64,000 bases of DNA from a bacterium (GTDB taxonomy: Bacteria > SM23-31): NCBI GenBank assembly GCA_965249485.1, contig OZ252239.1:1696001-1760000 (forward strand), in the 5' to 3' direction. Shown piece after piece: positions 54,214 to 64,000 of this stretch (its first letter is position 1; every line of letters starts with the position of its first letter). Made by a program: the position numbers and the translations under genes. The notes beneath the pieces are model-generated. The model was not told the origin of the DNA and ran no database searches. It was given only the letters and a program-made list of their open reading frames with translations.

Positions 54214-55884
54214 ATGAAATCGAACAGAAAAATTCCCTGGCTAAGAGCAATCTCTTGTGGAGCAATTGTGGGGATAATGCTTATTTACTTTTCCGGATGC
54301 GCGAGTCAGAAAGTTTCCATGGGTGAACTTATGGTAACGTTTTATGATGCGGACAGACAACTAAAAGAGGATGCATCCGAAGAGACACTTGAAAAGATTA
54401 TTGAAATATACGATGATAAATCGAATGAGGATTTGAAAAAAGACAGGCCGGAATTATATGCCAGGATTAAAAACAGTGAAGGGATTTCTTACCGTTATTT
54501 AGCAAGATTAAAAAATTCTGAGGATAACCTGATTAATGCAATAATAAATTTTGAGAAGGCACTGGAGATATATACCATTGAGAAACACCCTATTCAATAC
54601 GCCTTAATACAGAATAACATCGGGGCTGTTTATGGAACGCTCTCCGAAGTCCGATATGCGGAGGAAAACCTGACGAAAGCGATCATTGTATATGAAGAGG
54701 CGCTGAAGGTGTACACATTGGAGAGATATCCTATACAATATGCTTCCACCCAGAATAATCTTGGGGCTGCCTATGGAACGCTCTCCGGGGTTCGCGATAC
54801 GGAGAATAACGTGAATAGCGCAATTGAAGCGTATGAAGAGGTGCTGAAGATCTTTACTGTTGAGAAATACCCGGGTAGACATGCTATAGCCTTGAACAAT
54901 CTTGGAACTGCCTATGAGATCCTTGCAAGAGTCCGGGATATGGAGGAAAACCTGACAAAGGCAATTGGATTTTTTGAAGAAGCTCTGAATTTAATCACTG
55001 TTGAGCAAAATCCTGATGATTTTGCTTCTGTACAGAATAATCTTGGTAATGCATATGTAACCTCTTCTGATGTGCGAAATAAGGAGGAGAACCTTAATAA
55101 GGCGATCCAGATGTATGAAGAAGCTTTGAAAGTATACACAATAGATCAGTACCCTCTAAAGTATGCATTAACTCAGAATAATCTTGGGAGCGCGTACGTA
55201 TCTTTTTTTGAAATTCAATTTCAAGGTTCGATTTATTCAGAGTTTCGCATTAAGGAGGAGAACCTTAATAAGGCGGTCCGTGCGTATGATAAGGCTTTGA
55301 AGGTATACACAATTGAGCGATTCCCTCTTAATTATGCATTAACCCAGAATAATCTTGGGAACGCATACTGGTCTCTTGCAGAGTTTATTCCCCAGGGTAT
55401 AAAAAAGACGCAAAAAATTGTAGATTACAAGAGTGAAGAGAGCCTGATATTTAAGAGAACTGTTAATGAGGATGCGGACAAAGTCAATAACATAGCAAAA
55501 GCGATAAATGCTTATAATGAGGCGTTGAAAATATACACAATTAGCGGACACCCTCTGGACTATGCAATGATCCAGAATAACCTTGGAGCTGCCTTTAAAA
55601 CCCTCGCAGAGGTTCGAGATGCGGAGGTAAACCTGACAAGATCAATCGAAGCGTGTGAAGAAGCCCTAAAAATCAGAACAATTGATAAACACCCTCTTGA
55701 CTATGCGCATACCCAGAATAATATTGGGAACACATATGAAATTCTTTCAAGAGTTCAAAATGCTGAGGAAAATATTACAAAAGCGACCCGTGCATATGAT
55801 GAGGCATTGAAAATATTTACTCTTGATAAATATCCGCAACTTCACCAGGATGTTGTATCGAGCCTTATGAAAATAAAGAGTTAA
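54214..55884 (+). CDS. TPR-repeat lipoprotein
   Basis: FSGC lipobox; ~46-aa repeats YA.TQNNLG.AY...EENL.KAI..YEEALK.YT. Confidence 0.88.
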   Translation: MKSNRKIPWLRAISCGAIVGIMLIYFSGCASQKVSMGELMVTFYDADRQLKEDASEETLEKIIEIYDDKSNEDLKKDRPELYARIKNSEGISYRYLARLKNSEDNLINAIINFEKALEIYTIEKHPIQYALIQNNIGAVYGTLSEVRYAEENLTKAIIVYEEALKVYTLERYPIQYASTQNNLGAAYGTLSGVRDTENNVNSAIEAYEEVLKIFTVEKYPGRHAIALNNLGTAYEILARVRDMEENLTKAIGFFEEALNLITVEQNPDDFASVQNNLGNAYVTSSDVRNKEENLNKAIQMYEEALKVYTIDQYPLKYALTQNNLGSAYVSFFEIQFQGSIYSEFRIKEENLNKAVRAYDKALKVYTIERFPLNYALTQNNLGNAYWSLAEFIPQGIKKTQKIVDYKSEESLIFKRTVNEDADKVNNIAKAINAYNEALKIYTISGHPLDYAMIQNNLGAAFKTLAEVRDAEVNLTRSIEACEEALKIRTIDKHPLDYAHTQNNIGNTYEILSRVQNAEENITKATRAYDEALKIFTLDKYPQLHQDVVSSLMKIKS

Positions 55885-55932
55885 TACGTTTCATTCTGAG
55901 GTCATGTCGTATTCTTAAATTCACACAGTCAC

Positions 55933-56427
55933 TTATATCATACCGTATAAGTGGGCGGTATTTATTTTTTCTTCCGAGAGTCTTAACCAGAGAAAGAGCT
56001 GCATACGGTGGTTTGACAGATGCTCAAACGCCTGCATCATGAATGCAGCGAATGGTATTTCAAACGGCATCCACGGAGGTTTAATCATTTTTGTATTGAA
56101 TTCGTCTTCCGTCATCTTCCCAAATTCATCCTTCATGAGCTGAAAATCTTTATCGATTTTTTCAACAGCCTCGTTTACAGATGATACCCGGAGATATGTT
56201 TCTGCGGGCGGCAACATGTTTTCCGGAGGTATATCGGGAAATGCATCATGATACGCCTGATAGGCCATACCCCCGAGGCATCCACTGCAATGATGCAGCA
56301 GCTGATCAATAGTAAAAACTCCCTCCATCGGCTTGAAGTTGAACTTCTCTTCCGGTGTCAGCATAATCAGTTTACGTGTTGCCTGGTAAATGTTTTCTAC
56401 ATACTGTATGTATTCTTCGCGTAGCAT
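55933..56427 (-). CDS. DinB family protein
   Basis: FKP....TIDQLLHH, EHLSNHRMQLFLWLRL. Confidence 0.8.
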   Translation of the reverse strand: MLREEYIQYVENIYQATRKLIMLTPEEKFNFKPMEGVFTIDQLLHHCSGCLGGMAYQAYHDAFPDIPPENMLPPAETYLRVSSVNEAVEKIDKDFQLMKDEFGKMTEDEFNTKMIKPPWMPFEIPFAAFMMQAFEHLSNHRMQLFLWLRLSEEKINTAHLYGMI

Positions 56428-56481
56428 ATTTTTTCCTTATACTAATTTGTTATGAATATGACTCTTTTGAAATCAACGGGT

Positions 56482-56844
56482 TTAGCCTTCTAAGAGAAAT
56501 TTATTGTTATCTAAATCTTTAAATTTAGCGTACGTCCCCCACGACATTTTTTTAGGTTTTTCGATAAATTCTACTCCATTATCCGCCATTGTTTTGTATG
56601 TTTCATTAACATCTGTACATTGAAACACAACTGAAGGTTTTAATTCTTCCCAATTTTTCATCATTGATTTCGGATATACAGCCAGATTTGATTGTCCGCC
56701 TTGCGGACCAATTTCAAGCCAGTGAACATTGTTTCCCATGGGAACTTTTTTCTTAACTTCAAATCCGACCTTTTCAATCCAAAATGATTCGGCTTTATTC
56801 TGGTCTTCGACATAGACCCCAATTGTTGCTACGTGTGTAATCAT
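56482..56844 (-). CDS. VOC/glyoxalase family protein
   Basis: YVEDQ.KA..FW.EK.GF, WGTYA.FKD.D.N. Confidence 0.88.
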   Translation of the reverse strand: MITHVATIGVYVEDQNKAESFWIEKVGFEVKKKVPMGNNVHWLEIGPQGGQSNLAVYPKSMMKNWEELKPSVVFQCTDVNETYKTMADNGVEFIEKPKKMSWGTYAKFKDLDNNKFLLEG

Positions 56845-56919
56845 TAATTTTTCCTTGAGAAGAGTTGTGTAGTGCTCAGTTATTTTTGTTATAATTCATT
56901 ATTCTCGATTAAACGTATA

Positions 56920-57204
56920 CTACCCGGATTTTTTCACCAGTTTTCCATCTATCCAGAAATATCCAATACTGTCTATGAACTCCATTACCACCGGATCCCG
57001 AAGTAATTCATGGTTTTCATCAGATGTGTGCACAATCTGCAAATACGAAACTGCTTTGTCGCGGAACTCGAACCGGTCTCGTTCATGCATATCTTCTTTG
57101 CTATTGAACAACCGGATGTAAAGATTGATCAGGTCAATCCAGCAGTCCGGAGGTTGTGGAAGCGGGGTGGAGGTGGCGATATTTTTTTGGAATATTTTTG
57201 TCAT
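56920..57204 (-). CDS. Hypothetical protein
   Basis: 94-aa ORF co-oriented with neighbours. Confidence 0.5.
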   Translation of the reverse strand: MTKIFQKNIATSTPLPQPPDCWIDLINLYIRLFNSKEDMHERDRFEFRDKAVSYLQIVHTSDENHELLRDPVVMEFIDSIGYFWIDGKLVKKSG

Positions 57205-57224
57205 GGATGGTTCATTTTAATTTC

Positions 57225-57368
57225 TTATCTATTTGAATCCTCTGCAAAGAACATGAGAATAGTTGCAATCGCTGCACCAATCACGCCACTGCCGGGAAGT
57301 AAAGGGAACACAGCAAAGAGCAGAACTATCCCGATGAGTAGAGAGGTCTCAAATCCTGAGATACGCAT
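57225..57368 (-). CDS. 47-aa hydrophobic small protein (not in ORF track)
   Basis: MRISGFETSLLIGIVLLFAVFPLLPGSGVIGAAIATILMFFAEDSNR. Confidence 0.4.
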   Translation of the reverse strand: MRISGFETSLLIGIVLLFAVFPLLPGSGVIGAAIATILMFFAEDSNR

Positions 57369-57546
57369 ACTTTTGGTTTTTGGCGATTCTACTATTTCTG
57401 ATCTATATATATGAAAATGAATATGATTGCGGGAATATAGTTAGCGCTATTACGGATTTCCGTTTCGCGGTGTATTTCTGACTATTGAATGAATAGATAA
57501 CGATATTGATTGGGAAGTGTTAAACAGTTCTCTTTCGTATACGTGA

Positions 57547-57933
57547 TTATACCTGATAGATTTGTATTAAATTACCGCATGTGTCATCAAATGCAGCAAA
57601 ACTCGCTTCTCCTTCAACTTTTGTCGGTTTTACTTTAAATTGCACCCCTAACTCTTTCAATCTTTTGTACTCTTTTTGAATATCGTTGACAGCAAATGAC
57701 GCTACAGCAATTTCCTGTTCGAACAGAGCTTGTTGAAATTCTTTTGCGGCCGGATTATCACTCGGCTCAAGCAGTAACTCGGGTCCATCCGGTTCTTCCG
57801 GTGAAACAACCGTTAACCATTTGAATTTCCCCACAGGGAAGTCATTTTTCTTAATAAAACCCAAAACCTCTGTGTAAAATTCAAGCGCCTGGTCCTGGCC
57901 GTTTACCAATACATATGTTAGTCTGATCTTCAT
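57547..57933 (-). CDS. VOC/glyoxalase family protein
   Basis: QDQALEFYTEVLGF, WLTVVSPE.PDG.ELLLEP, FDDTCGNLIQI. Confidence 0.92.
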   Translation of the reverse strand: MKIRLTYVLVNGQDQALEFYTEVLGFIKKNDFPVGKFKWLTVVSPEEPDGPELLLEPSDNPAAKEFQQALFEQEIAVASFAVNDIQKEYKRLKELGVQFKVKPTKVEGEASFAAFDDTCGNLIQIYQV

Positions 57934-58398
57934 ATTGATATTTCGCCTTTAGTATATATACACATCAACTTCCGAAATCATAAATACTTTTTCGATACTG
58001 TTGGGAGGTTCACGGAGTATCAAGAGGTGGTCATCGTGAAAAAAAGTGTTGTGATTCTCTATACAGATCGCATTGGAACATACGGAGGGTTAGTAACTCC
58101 CATTCATCATATAAAACGTGGAAATCGTTTTGAAGATTCATTATACGTTGTTATTTTACCATGGAGGGGAGCACGCATGTGGAACATACGATGACTCATT
58201 GAATGAGCAATGCTTGCAAAGTGAGTTTAGACAGGGGGAATTGCAATTAAAAGACTCTTCTTTTATACTGTACCAACTAATTCGATCCAATACATATCAA
58301 ACTCGTTTGGAAATATTGATATGGGGAGTAAGTTCGGATAGTATGTCATACCTCAATAGGAATATCAAACATACTTTAAAATAAAAAGAGAGGATACT

Positions 58399-59781
58399 AT
58401 GAATACCAGGAATTTTTTGAGGATTTGTTCTTTCGCCTTGTTTTGTGTAATCTTGAGCAATGTATATGCTCAGGATACCAGGATTAATCCCGGTGAGAGC
58501 GCACAGAACATTATACCAATGCGGGAGCGGGTCAAGATCATGCAGCGGTGGTGGGATTGGAAAAAGGAGAACGTGCTCCCGGTTGTAATGCGGGAACAGG
58601 GAGTAGATATGTGGATTATCCGGAATAATGAAGCGGAACTCTACTATAATAATGAAGGGCCCGTGTATACGTCACTCGTGCCTGCTAACTTTGAAGGAAT
58701 GACATTTTCGAGTGTCCATGGAGCAGGTTCCCAGTTTACACCCGGCTTCATGATGTATTACGATCGTGGAGGTGAAATCGAATATGTGGAACCGCGGGAC
58801 TACAAACACATCACACAGCTCGTCCGGGAACGGGATCACCGAACTATTGCTATCGGGCAGTTTGACAATGAGGATATGCTAACCGCGCTCGGAAGTAACT
58901 ATTCGTCCCAAGCGGTTGACTCCTGGACCCTCGGGGTGCGGTGGCTTGAAACGGTGGGCCCGGAACAAATCAGAATGTATCGGTATGTACAGGAAGTGGC
59001 AAATGATATTATTGCCGAAGGATTTTCAAATAAAGCTGTTGTTCCCGAGGTCACCACGACCGACGACCTTAACTGGTGGTTCAGGCATAAAATGCTCGAC
59101 CTAAATATTGAATATGAAAACCACCCGTCTGTTACCGTTCAAAGAAGATCTGCTCACATCGCCAAATATGGTGATCCGCCAGAGTATTTTCGAAAAGGTA
59201 AGACCAGGAACGGTGTCAATGTAGTGATCAGACGGGGAGATGTAATCAGCCTTGATTCGGATATGTTTCTCCTGGGAATAGTCACCGATTCACATCAGCA
59301 CGCGTATGTTCTCGGAGATGAAGAATTGGATGTTCCTGACGGAATGAAGAAGGCATTGCGGAGCGTGAATAAAATGAATGATCTGTATCGGGAAGTTTTC
59401 AATGTTGGTCGAACCGGCATAGAAATCACACAAGCTTCTCAAAAGATTCCTTTCGAGGAAGGAGTAATTGAAGGAGGAATGAACATCCATCCCCCGCCCA
59501 CGTATATCAGTCGATTTCTTCAGGGCGGATATATGTTCTCACATAAGACCTATGTTGCGGGATTGTCGTCAGCTTCAGGATACTACCCGACGTCAATAGT
59601 CTCGAACAATCACAAGCTATTCTATAATACCGTCACCGTGTATCACCCGCACTTTCAGGCTACTGCTCCCGGTTGGGAAGAACACGGATTTGACCTTACC
59701 GTTGGTCAGTTGGCCGTATTTACCGAGGACGGACTAAAGTATCTTGAAAGACCGATGACCGCATGGCATGTGATAAAATAA
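58399..59781 (+). CDS. Secreted M24 (Xaa-Pro aminopeptidase-like) fold protein
   Basis: LP.VMREQGVDMWI, RWLE, TTTDDL.WW, GDVISLD...TDSHQHAYVL. Confidence 0.8.
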   Translation: MNTRNFLRICSFALFCVILSNVYAQDTRINPGESAQNIIPMRERVKIMQRWWDWKKENVLPVVMREQGVDMWIIRNNEAELYYNNEGPVYTSLVPANFEGMTFSSVHGAGSQFTPGFMMYYDRGGEIEYVEPRDYKHITQLVRERDHRTIAIGQFDNEDMLTALGSNYSSQAVDSWTLGVRWLETVGPEQIRMYRYVQEVANDIIAEGFSNKAVVPEVTTTDDLNWWFRHKMLDLNIEYENHPSVTVQRRSAHIAKYGDPPEYFRKGKTRNGVNVVIRRGDVISLDSDMFLLGIVTDSHQHAYVLGDEELDVPDGMKKALRSVNKMNDLYREVFNVGRTGIEITQASQKIPFEEGVIEGGMNIHPPPTYISRFLQGGYMFSHKTYVAGLSSASGYYPTSIVSNNHKLFYNTVTVYHPHFQATAPGWEEHGFDLTVGQLAVFTEDGLKYLERPMTAWHVIK

Positions 59782-60103
59782 TTACTACTAATATTCTATC
59801 TGGCTCAACGCGGAAAAAAGCATTGTTATTACGTTTACAATTTTTTCTCTAATCCCAAAGGACGATGTCATTAATCTACTCCGGAAGGAATTGTGTTCTC
59901 TGTCTCAAGGCATTCGTATTGACAAGGAGCACATTGTAGACATCATAAAAAAGATGTGCTTAAAAGAGATTTATTTGACTGTGTGTAGAGTTTGTAATTC
60001 ACCGAAAAATTATTTGAAATACTGTAATGAATAATGTGATTACGAATTATAGGGGATTTAGAATACATTTATATAATCATAAAGAGGTAATTTTGAAAGA
60101 ATT

Positions 60104-60321
60104 ATGGAGGAAAAAAGAAAATCATTACACTTACTCAGTTAAATTATAATAAAACTCTTATAGACATTAATCCTGAAGATATTTCATCAATGGACACTTT
60201 GCCTGGTGGGGAGTATGGACATTTTACTGTACTGAAAATGAGAAATGGAGATAGTTATGATATCAAGGATCCTACAGAAGATATTAAAAAAATAATTAAA
60301 GAAACAAAAAAATTATATTAG
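60104..60321 (+). pseudogene. FlbD/SwrD-like small protein, frameshift in A-run
   Basis: KIITLTQLN...INPEDISSM...TVLKMRNGDSYDIKDPTEDIKKII*. Confidence 0.5.
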
Positions 60322-60571
60322 AAGATTCAAATTATTTTGCAGCATCAAAATAATTGAAATATTCACCAATAGATGTGTTAGTTTAAATTTCCCTCGGTCT
60401 TTAATGCAAATTCAGAAATCATCAAGAAGCCCATTCTTATTATGAACTATCCGCACTCATAAAATCTATTGACTAACATTTATAAATATAAGTCACTATT
60501 ATTATAATCATATGAAAACGACACAATGATCTATAGCATCATAAACTAAACTCACAAAAAGGAGTATTTCG

Positions 60572-60946
60572 ATGGCCCACCATGGTAAGATTCATCTTAT
60601 ATACATTATCACAGCGTCTCCGGATCAAGTAGCCAAGGGTGATCGCATTTTCAAAAGCCATGTTAAATGGATGGAATCCACACACCATCGTGATGGTGAA
60701 AAGGCTCTTTTGCACTATACCGTGTCTAAGGCTCCGGAAATTTCAAATCCTTTGGATTCAAATTCTTCTGCGACCGGGAACACTTGCTTCATACTGGACG
60801 AGATCTATGAGACTGAGGCTGGTGTCGGGGATCACTTTAAGCAAGCCATGGATAACTGGGAGGATTTTTCTGCATTTGTTACGTGGATAGGGAATTGCAA
60901 AATTTCAGGGGTGCCCGTAGCATCTATTTTCAACTCACTCTGGTAA
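60572..60946 (+). CDS. Conserved hypothetical protein (dimeric alpha+beta barrel-like)
   Basis: AGGAG RBS; HVKWMESTHHRDGEKALL, EIYETEAGV.DHF. Confidence 0.75.
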   Translation: MAHHGKIHLIYIITASPDQVAKGDRIFKSHVKWMESTHHRDGEKALLHYTVSKAPEISNPLDSNSSATGNTCFILDEIYETEAGVGDHFKQAMDNWEDFSAFVTWIGNCKISGVPVASIFNSLW

Positions 60947-61031
60947 AAATTTGATATTTCATTCTTATGACAATACTCATCACATGACCGTAATCTATTT
61001 TTAAATAATAACGTAGAGAGACAATACAACT

Positions 61032-61232
61032 TTAATAGATTACCAGGCCATTATCATCATATGATCCGATTAATGTATCGCCGTCATAAATCAATACGCT
61101 CTGCACAACCATGTCTTGCGTGACGGTATAAATCGAAACAAGATATTCCAGGATATATTCTTTTTGATCGGCATCAAACGCATGAAAATTTTTTGCCGAT
61201 ATAGACGCGTATTTCATTACTCTCCCGGACAA
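61032..61232 (-). pseudogene. Remnant sharing the C-terminal domain of the 61416 protein
   Basis: IYDGDTLIGSYDDNGL vs SYEGDEIIGLYDENGL. Confidence 0.5.
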
Positions 61233-61415
61233 TTTCGTTCAGCATGTCCCACAATGTCCAAGTATCTCGCCGAAATACGTTGTTAATGTGCTAACAAGTT
61301 GCTCATACGCAAATCAATGTGCCTTGAAAACTGTCTCAAGAGTGGTAGCATAGGGGTATAGTGAATTGAAATCGACTTGCCGAATGTAATTTTGATTTCC
61401 ATAGTACATATTTTA

Positions 61416-62192
61416 CTATTTAACGAAAATTAATCCATTCTCATCGTATAACCCGATTATTTCATCACCTTCGTATGACAATATTTTTAGATTCTTAATG
61501 CCAGATTCTCTCACATATTGGCTTTGAATGCTCTTGAAAAATGATTTTTTGTCAGGCATACTAATACTATTAAACAATACATCAACATAAACGGATAGCT
61601 TATCATTTTCAAATATTATTTCCTTTATTACTCTTCCTTCTTGCAAGGACAAAACTAATTTATTGAAAGCTTTATCTGCTTCATTTTTTGCTTCTTCCTC
61701 TCCCAATGATTCAACTCTTTCAGTGTAATCCCATATACCGATTTCCAGTTCCTTTGCCGTATCATGCGCATCCATTAAATTCTCGAAATACTTCACATTT
61801 GGTGGATAAAAATATATGTGTCCGAAACCAACTGTTATTAACATGCTGTTTATAAAAATTTCTTTTCCATCTGATTTTTTGTACCAGGCATAAGCAAGCA
61901 ATCTTCCGTATTTATCATATTTTTCCTCATCAGTCTCAATCCGTATTATTTTGCCTTTGAGTTCAAGTGAATATTTGAGTGCATAAAGTGCGTACTTCCC
62001 GTAATATTCTTCCGGCTCTATTGCGGTATCAATTTTTGGGGTATCAACTCCGATTAGCCGTACCGTTTCGCCATTCTCAATTTCAAAGGTATCACCATCG
62101 ATTAGCCGGGTAACGGTATGGTATTCCTGAGCGACTGCAAATGAAGCGGAAAGATAAAAGATTACAGTTATGCATGTTATTTTTAATATCAT
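61416..62192 (-). CDS. Secreted thermonuclease (SNase) family protein with C-terminal extension
   Basis: IDGDTF, VRLIGVDTP, DKYGRLLAY, PPNVKY, GIW. Confidence 0.88.
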   Translation of the reverse strand: MILKITCITVIFYLSASFAVAQEYHTVTRLIDGDTFEIENGETVRLIGVDTPKIDTAIEPEEYYGKYALYALKYSLELKGKIIRIETDEEKYDKYGRLLAYAWYKKSDGKEIFINSMLITVGFGHIYFYPPNVKYFENLMDAHDTAKELEIGIWDYTERVESLGEEEAKNEADKAFNKLVLSLQEGRVIKEIIFENDKLSVYVDVLFNSISMPDKKSFFKSIQSQYVRESGIKNLKILSYEGDEIIGLYDENGLIFVK

Positions 62193-62333
62193 GGTTTTCC
62201 TCTTTCAATTATGGGGGAATTCATGACGCCGATTCTTGTTGTATTTCCTTCTGAATGTTTGGGCAGACAATTGCGTTTTTTAACTACATAAAGCCGTTAT
62301 CTGGTGCCTTTGTATTTTAGAGGTATTGAGAGC

Positions 62334-62670
62334 TTAACTTTTTAAAATTTTCATATCGGTAATAATTTTCGTTGCGATATCACCATTATATTCTCTGACT
62401 CTTCGCGGTGTTAAAAACCACTCAATAATCCACCAAATCCACATTCCGCCAACCGTTATTAAATTCACGAAACCGAGCGCAACTCTCCCAAGAAGGAACA
62501 ATTGTATTGGAGAAAAGATCGCCAGGAGGACCATTCCTACTAGTGCTCTTTGATTTTTTCTCATATTGCTCCTGAAACATCATCTGTTCTTCGGTTGTCA
62601 TTTTGCTTAAAGCCGATTTAACCATAAGGGGCAATGTTTCTACTAAGTTCGGATTAATAGCAAGTTCCAT
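62334..62670 (-). pseudogene. TM2-domain membrane protein, frameshifted
   Basis: FQEQYEKKSKS / GGMWIWWIIEWFL.P.RVREYN in two frames. Confidence 0.75.
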
Positions 62671-62791
62671 GATATTCTTCTCCCTGTTAGTTTCATTTGG
62701 TATTATATTACTTTTGAAGATCTTAGTGTCAACTTCGGGTATTAAAACCTTTTATCGCCGTTGTCAGTTTATAAAGGTGTTGATATTTATA

Positions 62792-63927
62792 TTAGTTATG
62801 TTTTTTCCCTTCGATCAAGTCTACTGCATCTTTTCCGAGTCGGTCGATTTCCCATTGCCGGAGCTCCGGGAACTCGTTCAATAGTTTTTCTCTATCAAGT
62901 CGCATTTGACCAATTTCTGCATTTGTTTCATTTATTTTTTTTTGCAGAGCAGCTTTCCACTTTTCCGTAGTGTTTTCCTGGGTTTTACTTTCAAAAATCA
63001 GAGAAGAAATGCTGGATAAAGTAGGTGACATTTGTAATGAAATGTCAGTGTCAAATAATTCCCACTTTGTAAAATAAACTTCAGAAGTTCCTTTATCTCG
63101 TAATAATTTATGAGTCATTGTTGGATCACCGTACTTATCGGTAATATATTTTTCTAACAAATTGAAATTTTCTTCTCTATAATCTTGCTCGACATTACTA
63201 AAATTGTAGTAAATAGATATCTGTTTTTCATCCTCATCGGAAAACATCGGCGGCTCAAGAAAATCATATTGAACATAATAATTAATACCCCTTCCCCGTA
63301 TAAAATGAGACAAATTATCATCATTTTTGCGATACGGCTCTCCATTAGCTTGTATTATATCTTCAATGCTTGTGAATCCCCAATCAAAATCCTTGTGTTC
63401 AAAATTTATGTGATTGCTTTTATTATTAATCCACATACCAGTATAATTCTCCTTCGCTTCTTGTTCGGATTTTTTGAACGAATCCTCATATTGCACGTTA
63501 GGTGGTACGGTCTTTACTTTTGCATACCCTCTCCTAACTAATATATTATTGTGAAAATAATATTCATTTTTTTTGAATACTTATTTTGATAAAACACGTA
63601 GGTAATTAATGTGCCATTTTCGTCCCGTCTCTGCTCATCATATTCAAATCCCACTTCTTTGCCCTCGAGCATCGTTTTAGTTCTATCGTATACTTTTTGC
63701 GCAAATGCTTCATCTTCCTTATTACCGCTACCAAGTTCAGGAGCATCAACACCGATTAAGCGGACGGTTTCACCACTTTCAATTTCAAAAGTATCGCCGT
63801 CAATTACACGCACAACAGTGTGCATCTCATACGAAGGTGAAACCTCGGTTTTTTCCGTGCATGAGGCTATTATTACAACGATTATTGGAAAAATAATTAA
63901 TAAAATTGAAATTAAATACTTATTCAT
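62792..63927 (-). pseudogene. Lipoprotein SNase family protein with C-terminal extension, frameshift at ~63545
   Basis: IASC lipobox, VIDGDTF, VRLIGVDAPE; continues RRGYAKVKTVPPNVQYEDSF...GMW. Confidence 0.8.
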
Positions 63928-64000
63928 TACACGTACTCCATGGATAATTGTAATTTATTGTGGAATAATGATATCAAATTTCTAAGTAATTAAAAAAAGC

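Noticed and set aside
54500..55850. Internal DNA repeats as DGR template/variable regions
   Set aside because: Explained by TPR protein repeats; no reverse transcriptase in the window.

Overview
Bacterial, AT-rich, mosaic accessory region. The RpoD/RpoS-like sigma factor, DUF5916/CBM9 outer-membrane protein, TonB receptor and many lipoproteins suggest a diderm, probably FCB-superphylum host (inference). I see no intact rRNA, tRNA, CRISPR array, integrase or transposase. Intact or near-intact cargo includes a FlhG/MinD ATPase, sigma factor plus RRM protein, GreA, an AlkC-type glycosylase, Rrf2, AraC-DUF1772-NmrA, a MalT-like regulator with two MDR dehydrogenases, a TonB receptor-PBP-YfiR-hybrid kinase-REC-FapA operon, a CPA2/Kef antiporter, a TPR-PAS kinase, DinB/VOC proteins, an M24-fold protein and two SNase-fold proteins. 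Many ORFs are broken by nonsense codons or 1-bp indels. The most striking feature is non-coding: spacers between cargo blocks are built from at least six recurring degenerate motif families. These are IS150-like ends, IS407-like ends, a ~180-bp repeat with a 21-bp palindrome, tandem TTGTGCCTAA sites, tRNA 3'-end fragments and an 87-bp hairpin repeat. Several minus-strand cargo units also start at an integron core site (GTTAGGC) and/or end in an attC. The clearest case is kef plus an unannotated Zn-ribbon gene, which form a cassette bracketed by IS-like ends. My inference is a recombinase-less gene-capture and decay zone serviced in trans.
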